From contig NC_043016.1 in the NCBI RefSeq assembly GCF_006345805.1, positions 32,612,001-32,676,000 on the forward strand: a stretch of DNA of 64,000 nt, read 5' to 3'. The translations under genes and the position numbers were made by a program. The stretch comes from Octopus sinensis (Eukaryota). This document shows, piece after piece, positions 10,648-22,401 of the stretch. The notes beneath the pieces were generated by a model. It saw nothing but the letters and a program-made list of their open reading frames with translations, was not told the origin of the DNA and did no database searches. The stretch's first letter is position 1; every line of letters starts with the position of its first letter.

Positions 10648-13600
10648 ATGCAAATCACAAGGACCACACACCCACTACCAACAAGAAAATCATACACACA
10701 CAGCTCCATACAAGAACTACCAACATTGTTACCACTGAACAACTTAGAACAATGCAAACATCAAACTTCACTTACCTCAACATTCCTATTAAATGTACGT
10801 GGCATCAACCCATCAATTATTGCCCAAAAATGGAAAATCCCATATATAGAGAGTTGGCTTGCCGAAACGGCACATTGCTTCCCTTTCTTTATCCTTACCG
10901 AGACTCACCTGAACAACACCCATATGGACGCCGAGGTGAAAATAAAAGATTTCACCATTGTTCGTGCGGATCGTACAAACCGAAATAAGGGAGGGACAGC
11001 CATCTTTATCCATGACTCCTTCTCACTTGATGCCAAGGACATATTTTCCAATGGCTATTGTGAATCTGTATCACTATTCAGCAAGGCCAAGGACATAGTC
11101 ATTGTTGGTCTTTACAGGCCTCCCCAAGCACCTTTAAAGTGCTTTGAAGAGTGCCTTAGCAAAGTCAAGTCCTTCCTTCGGAAGTACCACTCCGGACACA
11201 TACTAGTGATGGGTGATTTTCACCTCCCTCATGTGAACTGGCCCACAAATACTCTAAAGTTAGGCAAGTGCTCTACATCAGATAGAGCAGCAGCAGAACT
11301 GCTCTTTAATCTAATGGATGAATACTTCCTGACTCAGCTTGTGCTCGAACCAACGAGACAGAATAAAACGATCTTGGATCTGGTATTGACCAATCACTCT
11401 AGCTTCGTTCACAGTATTTCAGTTGAAAAAACTCTCCTCTCAGATCACGACATGGTACTCTGCAATTTCAATTCCCGACATATAAAAACCAAACCAGCCA
11501 ATACCACTCCATGGCACTCATTTGATAACATAAACTTCCACAAAGCGGACTGGGGAGCAATCAGAAAGGATCTGTCTTTCATCGACTGGTCTTTTACTCT
11601 CAATTCCACCCATATTGAGACCGCATGGCAGCACTTTGAAAAGATTGTCACATATACATGCTCTAAACACGCTCCCACGAAATCTACTAACACAAACAGA
11701 AATCGGCTCCCTAAAAAGAAAACACTCATCAGGCGCATCAAAAGACTTAACAAAAAAATCAACCAATTAAAATATTCCCACAAACAACATCCACGTTCAA
11801 CAACAATGAAAAGGCTAGAGCTGGAAAAACTTCATCTGCAGAACGACATGAAAACCTCCATTGAAAATCAAAGAGCTGTGGAGGAACAGTGGGTAATCAA
11901 AAACATCAAACAGAACCCAAAAGTGTTCTATTCCTATGCAAATAAGCATAGAACCACTGTCTCACCCATTGGGCCATTGATTGATGATAACGGCATTCCC
12001 CAACACGATGCTAAAGAAATGGCAGAAATACTGCAGAAACAATACTGCTCTGTCTTTAGTGTTCCCACTGATATTGACGTAAGAGAAGCGAACGAAGTTG
12101 ACTCCCAACACAAAATTGCAGACATAACCTTCACTCCCACTGACATCGTAGCAGCAATAAATGAGGTCAAATACTACTCTGCTGTAGGCCCTGATAGATT
12201 CCCCGCTAGTCTCCTGAAGGAATGTAAACACCAACTTGCAGTCCGTCTGACCAACCTCTGGAGAAATTCGTTAGATGCAGGTTATATACCAAAACAGTTT
12301 CTATCCCAGTCAGTCATCCCGGTTTTCAAACAGGGAAACAGATCCCTCGCACTCAACTATCGCCCAATCTCACTCACCTCCCACATCATCAAAGTGTTTG
12401 AAAGAGTGTTAAGATCAAGGATGGCTGACTTCCTGGAGACCCACAAACTCCTAAATGCAAATCAGCATGGCTTTCGCTGTGGCAGGGACTGTCTAACACA
12501 GCTCTTACACCACATTGAAGATGTACTCAAAGCCTTGGGAACAGGTTCGAACTCTGATGTCATATATCTTGACTTCAGTAAAGCGTTCGACAGGGTAGAC
12601 CATAATATCCTACTCTCAAAATTGGCAAATGTTGGAATCCGTGGAAAAGTTCTACACTGGATTAAGTATTTCCTGGTGAATAGAACACAACATGTTGTAG
12701 TTGATGGAGTCCACTCAAGCCCAGCAAAAGTCACCAGCGGTGTCCCCCAGGGGACTGTCTTGGGTCCGCTACTCTTCATAATCTACATAAACGACCTTTC
12801 CAGTGTCGTACATTACTGCAAAATTAAAATATTTGCTGATGACACCAAGCTCCAGCAAATCGTCAATGAAGAAGCAGACCGAACTCAACTCCAGTCTGAT
12901 CTATACGCTGTGAGTCAATGGGCAGACAGAAACAAAATGCAACTGAACGAGGGAAAATTTGAGCTGATGCATTTTGGAAGAAACTCCTCACTAAAACAGC
13001 CATACTCTCTTCCTTCAGGGGAACCGCTCACAGCCTCTAACAATATCAGAGACCTGGGAGTAATTGTTGATGACGATCTCAGTTGGAGTGCACACATCAA
13101 CAAGAAGGTCGATATAGCTCGTAGGATGAGTTCCTGGATCTTAAGAACTTTCCGGTCCAGAGAACAAGGTGTCATCATACCACTTTTTTTCCTTTGTACG
13201 GCCACACCTTGAATACTGCTGCCCACTGTGGTCTCCTCACACAAGACAAAACATCTCGAGAATTGAGTCACCCCAGAGGGCACTCACTAAACGAATTGAA
13301 GGCATGGCTGCTCTCAATTATTGGGATCGCCTTAAAGCCTTGAAACTTTACTCCCTCCAGCGTCGCCGTGAGCGGTACATCATTTGTACGATGTGGAAAA
13401 TATACCGCCAACTATGCCCAAACTACCTGAACATTAGCTTCAAGGTTCATCCAAGACTTGGACCACGGGTTATACGTCCCCTGCCCAATTCAAGATCACA
13501 ACATACATGTACACTGCAACATAATTTCTTTTCCTCAACAGGCCCTGCCCTATTTAACATTGTCCCGAGAGAGATCAAAGAGGAAAAGGATCGCATCAAC

Positions 13601-13714
13601 TTTAAACAGAGTCTGGATAGATTCCTTCAAAGAATACCAGATAAGCCACCCATAATTGGATACAACTCACCCAACAAGAACTCACTACTTGAATGGACCA
13701 TAAACAAAACTTGA
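10648..13714 (+). CDS. LINE ORF2: apurinic endonuclease plus reverse transcriptase (one 2-nt frameshift near 13190)
   Basis: LLNVRGI, LTETHL, GLYRPP, MGDFH, DLVLTN, SDHDMV, YLDFSKAFD, GVPQGTVLGP, FADD, then VRPHLEYC after the shift. Copy 2 shows the unshifted CCACTTTTCTCCTCCTTTGTACGG. Confidence 0.93.
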
Positions 13715-13880
13715 CTTAAACAGGATTCGAATAATCCTATCAGGTGGTGCTATTAAGTTAGACATGGCCTGGACCAATCTTTGGTCGAAACATATCTAAG
13801 TTCATATATAATTAATATTATATATATCTATATATATATATTATATATATATATAAATATACATATATATATATATATAT

Positions 13881-13912
<32 letters not shown>

Positions 13913-14404
13913 ATATAATATATATATATATATATTTATAATAGGATTAGCTCGTATACGAGTAGGTATATATTTGTAAAAAATGAAGTTCGAAAATGCT
14001 GCTATATTATACAAATTTTTAATTTTTATATATACATTATAACATGTTTCGGTTCTTGAAATGAACCTTATCAAAAAAAGTTATATATAAAAAAAGATAG
14101 TTCATGCTATCAAATATAAAAAATTCATTTATAATACACAATAGAGTCAGACATCAAAAAGTTCATATAGAGTGTGAAGTGAGTTTGTTCATGCTATATG
14201 TTTAAAGTGTCTGATGCAGTGGTTCATAGTGGTGATATGCATTCAATATAAAAAATAGATCAAAGTGGTGATATGCAGTCAATATAAAAAATTGATGTTC
14301 CTGAAAGAGCGAGGAATTCATTTTAGATTTTACCTTTGAGCAACTGTGATGACTTATGGTCGGTGTTCGCTGGATGATTCTGGCAAACCTTGTGAATTGT
14401 TCGG

Positions 14405-14614
14405 GTTTTGTAACACCTGTTAGGTGGTCAGTCCAGCGTAACATGACGTCATCAACGTTTTGACCAATCGTTTCGTTAGGTGGCTTAGTCAAGCAGAACG
14501 GGACGTCCTCAACATTCTGACCAATCGCGACCTATAGCTGTATTAGAACTGCCTCTTGTCTGTATCCTGTTTTGACCAATCGTTTCGTTAGGTGGCTTAG
14601 TCAAGAACGTGACG

Positions 14615-14620
<6 letters not shown>
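14405..14620 (+). promoter_or_regulatory. Repeat module with three CCAAT boxes and two CRE palindromes
   Basis: CCAAT at 14464, 14521 and 14576; TGACGTCA at 14444 and 14610; a ~37 bp direct repeat occurs twice. Function not shown. Confidence 0.35.
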
Positions 14621-14650
<30 letters not shown>

Positions 14651-14737
14651 AAATATCTAAATATATAAATATATCTAAATATCTAAATATATAAATATAA
14701 TTAAATATATAAATATATAAATATAATTATATATAAA

Positions 14738-16006
14738 CGAGAGACGTTCAATAAGTAATGCCTCTGCCCCACTTGCAGTTGTTTGATCTAGCTGAAAGTT
14801 TGTCTGTGCAATTATTTTTATCTCTATAAATTAAGTGGCAAATTACAGCTCTGAAATAATTGTGGTTTCTGATTTACAGGTGTTTGAACTGAGTCAAGTG
14901 TGAAATGGAGCCTGTTGAGTGTCGAGCAGTGATCCGGTTTTCGTATTTGAAAGGACGCACACCACGGGAGACTTTTGATGAAATGAAAGTAACTTATGGT
15001 GATGATGCCTCATCATATGACCTTGTAAAACCCTGGCATCGTGAACTCTTGTCGGAACAAACATGGTTGGAACTCTGTGGAAACAGCTCCCAGATCTGGT
15101 CCTCCCCCCCTTCTGCCATTGATGAGGCATCTGTCCGTCAAGTTGAGGCTGCCATTTTGGAAGATCGACGCATAACAATTCGCCAAATAGCCCATCAGGT
15201 CAAGATTAGTACCGGGTCTGTGGAAACTATCATTCATGACCATTTGCATATGCAAAAGGTGTCTGCCAGATGGATTCCCAGGTTGCTCACACTTTTCCAG
15301 AAGCAAGAACGCGTCGAGTGCTCAAGGATGAATTTGGAGATGTGCCAAGAAGATGAGTTAAAATTTTTCAAAAGACTGATTACACAGGATGAGACCTGGG
15401 TCCATCACTATGATCCAGGGTGCATCACTATGATCCAAGGCAAGGGTGCAGCCCTTCGCTGGCAAGGACATGCTCACAGTCTTCTGGGAACAGGACGGAG
15501 TAGTGATGACAGATTTCCCGGCAAAGGGTACCACAATTACAGGAGCCTATTATGCTTCACTTTTGAGGAAATTAAGAGAAGCTATCAAAATCAAGAGGCG
15601 GGCAAGATCAGCAAAGGCATTCTCCTCCTGCAGGACAACGCTCCGGTCCACAACTCGCGTGTCGCCAGATCAGAAGCACAGGCGTGCGGCTATGAACTCC
15701 TCACCATCCCCCCTACTCTCCTGACGTTGAACCCTCTGATTTTCACCTCTTCCCAGCCATGAAGTTGTTTCTGAAAGGAAAGCGTTTCACAGATGATGCA
15801 GCCTTGATTTCTGAAGTCACGTCGTGGTTGGAGGAACAAGCTGGGGGTCTTCAACAAAAACGGTCTTCAGAGCTGCATCAAACGATGGGAGAAATGCGTA
15901 ACTCTGGGTGCTTCCTATGTAGAAAAATACTAATAACTGTGCTAAGTTTCGTTGCCCTACTGCAATGGTAAGTGGGTCAGGGGCATTACTTATTGAACGC
16001 CCCTCT
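14738..16006 (+). mobile_element. Defective mariner (Tc1/mariner) DNA transposon, ~1.27 kb
   Basis: ~30 bp imperfect TIRs (CGAGAGACGTTCAATAAGTAATGCC / GGCATTACTTATTGAACGCCCCTCT) with TA on the right; transposase motifs WIPRLLT, ITQDETWVHHYDP, LLQDNAPVH and MKLFLKGKRF, frameshifted. Confidence 0.95.
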
Positions 16007-16029
<23 letters not shown>

Positions 16030-16038
<9 letters not shown>

Positions 16039-16239
16039 ATTGAGGTGATCAGATCAGATGGTTCATATTTGTAGATATTTATTTATATATTACATTTTTT
16101 ACATATATATCATATCATTCGGATTAGCGCTGCTCCCATTCTAGTGGGTTTTCAAATCAAATCAGTTGTGGGTAGTTTGAACCTTTTTATAGTTTCGTAG
16201 TAGTGGGTGAGGAGGAAGTGAGACAGAGAGAAAATATGT

Positions 16240-16275
<36 letters not shown>

Positions 16276-16470
16276 GTGTGTGTGTGTGCGCATTTATATC
16301 TGAGAGTGAAGAAGTGTTATTTCCGTTGGTCTGCTGGACCCCCTGTGGTTTTATAAGAACTTTGGCCGTCCATTTCAATGTCACTGAGTGTGTGTTGTGC
16401 ATAGGTTGGCCTGGCAAATGTCATTTGGGGTCACACTTTCTATGATCATTCTGTGGAGGTGTGTGTGTGT
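16030..16470. repeat. Unclassified repeat family; diverged copy at 25965-26530 and a short hairpin derivative at 43388-43487
   Basis: Shared TTAGAA.AAAT.AGGT...CAGA, GCGCT..CTCCCATTCTAGTGGG.TTTCAAATCAAA and ATGATC.TT.TGTGGAGGTG. Confidence 0.7.
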
Positions 16471-16528
<58 letters not shown>

Positions 16529-16543
16529 ATATATATATATATA

Positions 16544-16580
<37 letters not shown>

Positions 16581-16590
16581 TGTATATATA

Positions 16591-16989
16591 TAGTTATCGC
16601 CATACTAATATGGCAGTCTATAAATAAGACTAAAGCTGTCGCTGATTAGCTCCAAGAGGCCATCGCCTCTAGCTAGCAATATGACACACGAACCTGCGTC
16701 CATTACAACCTTCGAGCAGGGGAGGTCAGTAAAAAAAATCTTCGAACAGACGGTCAGTAGCGACACCTGCTGGTTCTGACTACGCTGCATTGATAAAGGG
16801 CAACAACCCTGAAACATGTCTGCAGATGTCTGACTAGCAAGGTGAAGCGGTTGACCTCTCCTGTTCGAAGGTTGTAATGGACGCAGGTTCGTGTGTCATA
16901 TAGCTAGCTAGAGGCGATGGCCTCTTGCAGCTAATCAGCGACAGCTTTAGTCTTATTTATAGACTGCCATATTAGTATGGCGATAACTA
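16591..16989. mobile_element. MITE/foldback element with 138 bp terminal inverted repeats
   Basis: 16591-16728 is the near-perfect reverse complement of 16852-16989; 123 bp spacer; TA context. Confidence 0.85.
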
Positions 16990-17082
16990 TTAATATCCAG
17001 TAACGCTGCCGTAATCTCCTTTAGAGAGAGTTAGTAATTTTAATATTTCTATTATGTATATATATATATATATATATTATCA

Positions 17083-17793
17083 GGATGGCGACAAAGTGCA
17101 GACGACTGGCTGGGTGGATCCTAAGAACATTCAGAACCAGAGATAAGGAAACCATGATGTTCCTCTGGCGGACATTCGTCCTCAGCCGCCTGGATTACTG
17201 CTCACAGCTATGGTCACCCACCAGTGTAAAATTAACAGCGGACCTTGAAGCAATCCAGAGAAGATTCATAAAGAAGATCGTCTCTTTGCAACAGCTCAGC
17301 TACTGGGAAAGGTTGAAACAGCTAAGACTCTACTCCCTGGAGAGAAGACGAGAAATGTATGCAGTAATATATGTCTGGAAGATCCTGGAAGGAATTGTGC
17401 CAAATTTTGGCATTGTAAGCTACACCAATGCTAGAACGGGACGACACTGCATAGTGCCAAAGATCCCAGCAATGCCATCATGCTTCACGACCAGGTTCTG
17501 CAACAGCCTGGATTTCAAGGGCCCACAGCTTTTTAATATTCCCCCCAAAGAGTCTGAGGAACTTGCACTAAGTAGATGTAGCGGTTTTTAAATCAAAGCT
17601 GGACATCTTCCTGTCAAAAGTCCCAGATGAACCTACCTCACGGCAAGAGGTGCAAATGAGAGTAGCTATATCAAACTCCATTCTTCACCAAGTGCCACAT
17701 ATTAGAGGAGGTTCTTCGTAATAATAGTGTAGCACAAAACGGCGGTGCATCAGCATGGCCGCAGCTCTGAGCTGAAACTAGAGAAAAAATAAA

Positions 17794-17799
<6 letters not shown>
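17083..17799 (+). mobile_element. CR1/L2-group LINE family B, 3' fragment
   Basis: LSRLDYCSQLW, YSLERRRE and ARTGRHC motifs; the 3' end matches 22010-22073. Confidence 0.9.
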
Positions 17800-17839
<40 letters not shown>

Positions 17840-17860
17840 ATATATATATAAATATATATA

Positions 17861-17910
<50 letters not shown>

Positions 17911-17922
17911 ATATATATATAA

Positions 17923-17978
<56 letters not shown>

Positions 17979-18009
17979 ATTTTAATCCAAACGGGAAACA
18001 AAAAAACAA

Positions 18010-18560
18010 CAACAATGGAACAATTACAGTATTATTATTAATAGGCGCTCAGGAAAAGGAAGCAGGGAGGTATGACGTTTCGAGCGGAGCTCTTCGTCGG
18101 AAACATAAAGAAGGAAGAGAGAGGAAAGAAAGATCCCAGAGCGGGCAACAGGGAAAGAGAAAAAAGACGACTGGTGTTTACGACTTGCACATGGTGAAAG
18201 GCGGATGTTTAGGAAAACAGAGCAAAGTGGGTTTTTAAAGGCAAAAGAGTGGAAACAAGGTTGGTAACGCAACAGATGTGTGTGTATGTGTGAGTGTGTG
18301 CGTGTGTGTATGTGTGTGTGTGAGGCGAGATGAAAAAACAAAAAAATATATATGTGTGTGTTAGTGTGTGCGTCTGTGTGTAGGCGTGTGAGGTAGGGCG
18401 AGATGGTGGTCAGCTTAGCAGACAAAGGTCAGTAGTAAGAAAAAGAAGGAAGGAGGGGAGGGAGGGGAAGGGGTGGGGGCGTATGTAGCGTGCCAGCGTG
18501 TGTTGAGTAGTAGTGTGTGTGTGTGTCCAGTGTCGTGGTGGTATAAATGGCGAGTAGATT
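18010..18560 (-). mobile_element. Probable PLE 3'/terminal remnant related to 37380-37460
   Basis: Shares GGCGCTCAGGAAA and an ACGTTTCGAGC-type motif with the tail of the 35088-37560 element. Confidence 0.4.
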
Positions 18561-18819
18561 GAATGTGTGTAAGAGTAATGTATATATTTAAGCAATGTGT
18601 GTATATGTGTGCGCGTGTGTGTAACGAAAAAGGGGGGGGTTAAGGAAAAAGGACTCCAGCTGAGGGGAAGATGGAAGAGTGGTCCCGCGGAGGCGGGCGT
18701 GGGAAAACCCAACGACACGCGACGGTCCCAGGAACGGGCGGGAGGTCTTGTCGGTTCCAAGAGCGAGGTGCCTGCGGAGCGTATGCGTGCGCGAACCGGC
18801 GCAAGCGCGTGCGTGCGCG

Positions 18820-19200
18820 CGCCTGCGAGTATGTGCGTAAGTATGTATGTGTGTGGATGTGTGAGTGTGTCTGTGTGTATGTCCGGGTGGCAGTGTGTCC
18901 GATGAATGTATGTGAGTATGTGTGTATGTATGTGTGTGCATAGATGTATGTCCGTGTGTGTGTGTGTGTGTGTATGTGTGTGAATGTGTATGTATGTACG
19001 TGTGGGTGTGGGGAAGTGTGTGTATGTGCATGTGTGTGCGCGTACATACAGGTGTGTGAGTGAGTGTGTGTGTGTGTATGTATGTGTGAGTGTGTATGTA
19101 TGTGTGTGTAGGATGCATGTATGTGTATGGGTGTATGTATGCGTGTGTGTATGTATGTATGTGTACGTGCGTGTGTGTGTGTGTATGCGTGTAGGTGTGA
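18820..19200. repeat. Degenerate (GT)n/(GTAT)n microsatellite block
   Basis: Direct inspection. Confidence 0.9.
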
Positions 19201-19217
19201 TATATATATATTAATAT

Positions 19218-22073
19218 AGAAAGGAGTTTTGGAGGAGTTGCTATGTACATCCGTGAGGACCCCACACCCCAAGTCCTTTTGTCATACTCAAACTCGGTGT
19301 GTGACACACTAATGGTACACATAAGGCAACTTGATGTAGTTGTGTGTGCTACATATCGCCCTCCAGATGCCCCAAGCCATGTAGGCAAGTTTGAAGACTG
19401 CCTTATGAAAATAGAAGTTCTAATCACATTAGAACAACACATAAGTGTTCTTCTTATGGGAGACTTCAATCTACCCAATGTCAGATGGCCCGAGGTCCTT
19501 TCTCTCCCAGGAATGACACGATGTGAACGAGGACAGGCGAGTTCCCTCCTGAACCTTATCAACACTCTGTACATGGAGCAAGTAATACTCCAATCAACCA
19601 GGGCATGTAACATACTGGATCTCTGCTTCACAAATAATATGGATCTCATCCATAATGTGAAAGTGACACCGACACTACTCTCTGATCGCAACATGATAGA
19701 GCTGACCATGTACGGGCCAAAGGAAAACATGGACATGCAGCCTACAAGAAACTCTCAGAATCTTTTCAGCTTGAACTTCCATAAGGCAAACTGGAAACAA
19801 ATTGAGAAAGAGATCCTCAAACAAAACTGGCCTGAATGTCTCTCCTCGCCAAACATCGACATCGACATCGACATGAAACTTCATGTCTGTAATGCAAGCC
19901 ATATGCTATAAAAGTGTTCCAGAGAGAAAGGCCACTGTACACAAGAACAAAATCCCCAGAGAGAGGAAAATTCTAACGAGACGACGTACAAAAGTTTCAA
20001 ATCGCCTAAACAAACAAATTGAAAGCAGTGAAAAGTCCCGTCTGAAATTAAAACTGTTGGAAATTGAAAAATGTCTGCAACTCTCCCATGAAAAGGAAAG
20101 AGCAGACAAAGAAGCCTGGGCTATAGACAACATAAAAACTAACCCCAGAGCTTTCTACAGGTATGCCAAAGAAACAGTTATGGTGCACTGTAGGATAGGG
20201 CTACTCCTTGAAAAGGGTGGCACACTCACAGGAAATCCAATGAGGATAAGTGAAATACTAAATGAGCAATTCAAGAGTATTTTCACTCCACCCCAAGGGC
20301 ATTTTCAAGTCAGCAATCCAACTAACGTCTTTACCACTGCAGATATAAAATCAGAGGCAGCGATGATTGATTACATCAATATAAAGGAAGACGATGTAAT
20401 AAAGGCTATAGATGAAATGAAAACAAACTCAGCAACTGGCCCCGATGGATTCCCAGCAATCCTTCTAAAAGTATGTAAGAGAGTCCTAGCAAGACCACTG
20501 CAGTTCCTTTTTCAGAGCTTCCGTGCAACTGGCAAACTTCCAAGAAAACTGAAGGAAGGTAAAATATGCCCTATTCATAAAGGTGGTAGCAGAGCGGAAG
20601 CCAAGAACTACAGACCTATCTCTATGACCTCACACATCAGGAAGGTCATGGAATGAATAGTCAGAAGGAAACTAATCACATTCCTTGAAGAAAATGACTT
20701 GCTGCCTGACACCCAACATGGTTTCCGACCAGGAAGAAGCTGCTTAACTCAGCTCCTACATCACTATGACTGGGTGCTGAAACGACTGCTCAACCACTCA
20801 AATGTGGAAGTCACATATCTCGACTTTGCAAAGGCCTTTGATAAAGTCGATCATGGAATGATACGTCACAAACTGCGTGATCTTGGCATAGTTGGAAAAT
20901 TGGGAGAATGGCTTCATGACTTTCTGAAGGATAGAAGTCAGGTGTTAGTAGCCAATGGGGCCACTTCCATTAACATGCAAATAGTGAGCGGTGTTCCGCA
21001 AGGCATTGTTTTGGGACCACTACTGTTCATAATGGCCCTCTCAGACATGCCCTCAGCCACGCGGAGAGCCACGATCACAAGTTATGCAGATGATACAAAA
21101 GTTTCACAGGCAATACAGAACCCTGAAGACACTAAGCACCTGCAATGTGAGCTGGACAAAATATACAAGTGGGCTGAAAAGAATAGCATTCAGTTCAATG
21201 CTGAAAAGTTTCAAGCTTTATGCTATCAGCATGCAAAACTAAATGCAATACCCAATAAATATACTGGACCTGGAGGGATTGCAATCCCAGAGGCACAATC
21301 AGTGCGAGACCTGGGTATTTACATGAGTGATGATGCAACCTTTCATTGCATGTTGCTAAATTGGCAATGAAATGTAGGCGGCTGACCTGATGGATTCTTA
21401 GAACCTTTAGAACAAGAGGCCAGGAAACCATGATGGTCCTCTGGAGGACACTTGTCCTAAGCCACTTTGACTATTGCTCTCAGCTATGGCCACCATCCAG
21501 TGTCAAGTTAATCACAGAACTTGAGGCGATCCAACGAAGAAGATAGCCTCTGTGCAGCATATAAGCTACTGGGAAAGACTCAAGAGATTAAAACTCTATT
21601 CCTTAGAGCGTAGGCGAGAAAGATATGCCATAATATACATCTGGGAGATCCTAGAAGGACTTGTCCCAAACTTGGGCATCGAGAGTTACACAAATGCTAG
21701 AACTGGGCGCCACTGCATGGTGCCAAGGACTCCAAATTTGCCATCAAGATGTAGGACAAGATACTGTGATAGCCTGGGCTTCAGAGGCCCACAGCTCTTC
21801 AATATCTTCCCGAAGAACCTGAGGGACCTGCATGGGGTGGATGAAGATGTCTTTAAAATAAAACTGGATCTCTTCCTGTCAGGTGTCCCAGATGAACCAA
21901 CTTCACGGCTGGAGGTGCAGATGAGGGCAGCTGCATCGAACTCTCTCATGCACCAAATGGCAATTGCTAAAAAGTATTCATGAAGTAAAATCATGTAGCC
22001 ACAACAAATGGCGGTGCCCCAGCATGGCCACAGCTCTTGAGCTGAAACTAGACAAAATAAAATAAAATAAAAT
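19218..22073 (+). mobile_element. CR1/L2-group LINE family B (5'-truncated ORF2: APE and RT, frameshifted)
   Basis: TYRPP, MGDFNLP, ILDLCFTN, YLDFAKAFD, GVPQGIVLGP and YADDTK across four frame pieces; (AAAAT)n tail. Confidence 0.95.
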
Positions 22074-22133
22074 ATTTATATATATATATGAATTAAAAAA
22101 ATGGAGTTAACGCAGGTGTAATTAAATATTTTT

Positions 22134-22219
22134 ACTTTCGACACATGTTTCGAAAATTCCACTGATACTATTTAAAAGAATAAATGGTATAAACAATGCA
22201 ATCTTCTCCTCAGGAAAGT
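22134..22219 (-). ncRNA. Type I hammerhead ribozyme motif (intact core)
   Basis: Stem I ACUUUC/GAAAGU; CUGAGGA; stem II GAAGAU/AUUUUC; GAAA; stem III AC-AUGU-GU; GUC cleavage triplet at 22142-22140. Confidence 0.8.
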
Positions 22220-22401
22220 GAAAAAATCGGAACTCGTCAATAAGACATTTTAGCAAAAAATGATGGATTTGTATAGCGATAGACAGAACGCTATTAATAT
22301 TGTTTAAAAAAACGTTATATGATATAACGTCATAAGTAGCTAACAGAAACAGTAGGGATATTAATAGTGAATGTTAAATATAATGGAAATTAAAGTTTAA
22401 A

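Larger units (their letters stand above)
10093..13803 (+). mobile_element. CR1/L2-group LINE family A, copy 3 (near-intact ORF2, partial ORF1)
   Basis: 854-aa uninterrupted APE+RT frame (10648-13212), a single frameshift near 13190, then the C-terminus to 13714 and an intact 3' end. Confidence 0.97.

Noticed and set aside
1854-13283. Recurrent minus-strand ORFs (e.g. MTSFIAATMSV..., MKSSGPKTVPW...)
   Set aside because: They are antisense shadows of the repeated LINE ORF2.
14040-14090. Hammerhead-like motifs at 14040-14090(-), 18070-18110(-), 30315-30360(+), 42705-42750(-), 42920-43050(+), 47295-47330(+) and 52370-52405(+)
   Set aside because: The cores or stems are mutated (e.g. UUGAUAA, ACGAAGA, CCGACAA); probably decayed relatives, so not called as ribozymes.
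17671-19272. Long ORFs rich in YI, HT or CV dipeptides (also many at 23762-24515, 26406-26774, 43161-43637, 55138-55393 and 60970-61319)
   Set aside because: They are translations of (TA)n, (CA)n and trinucleotide microsatellites.
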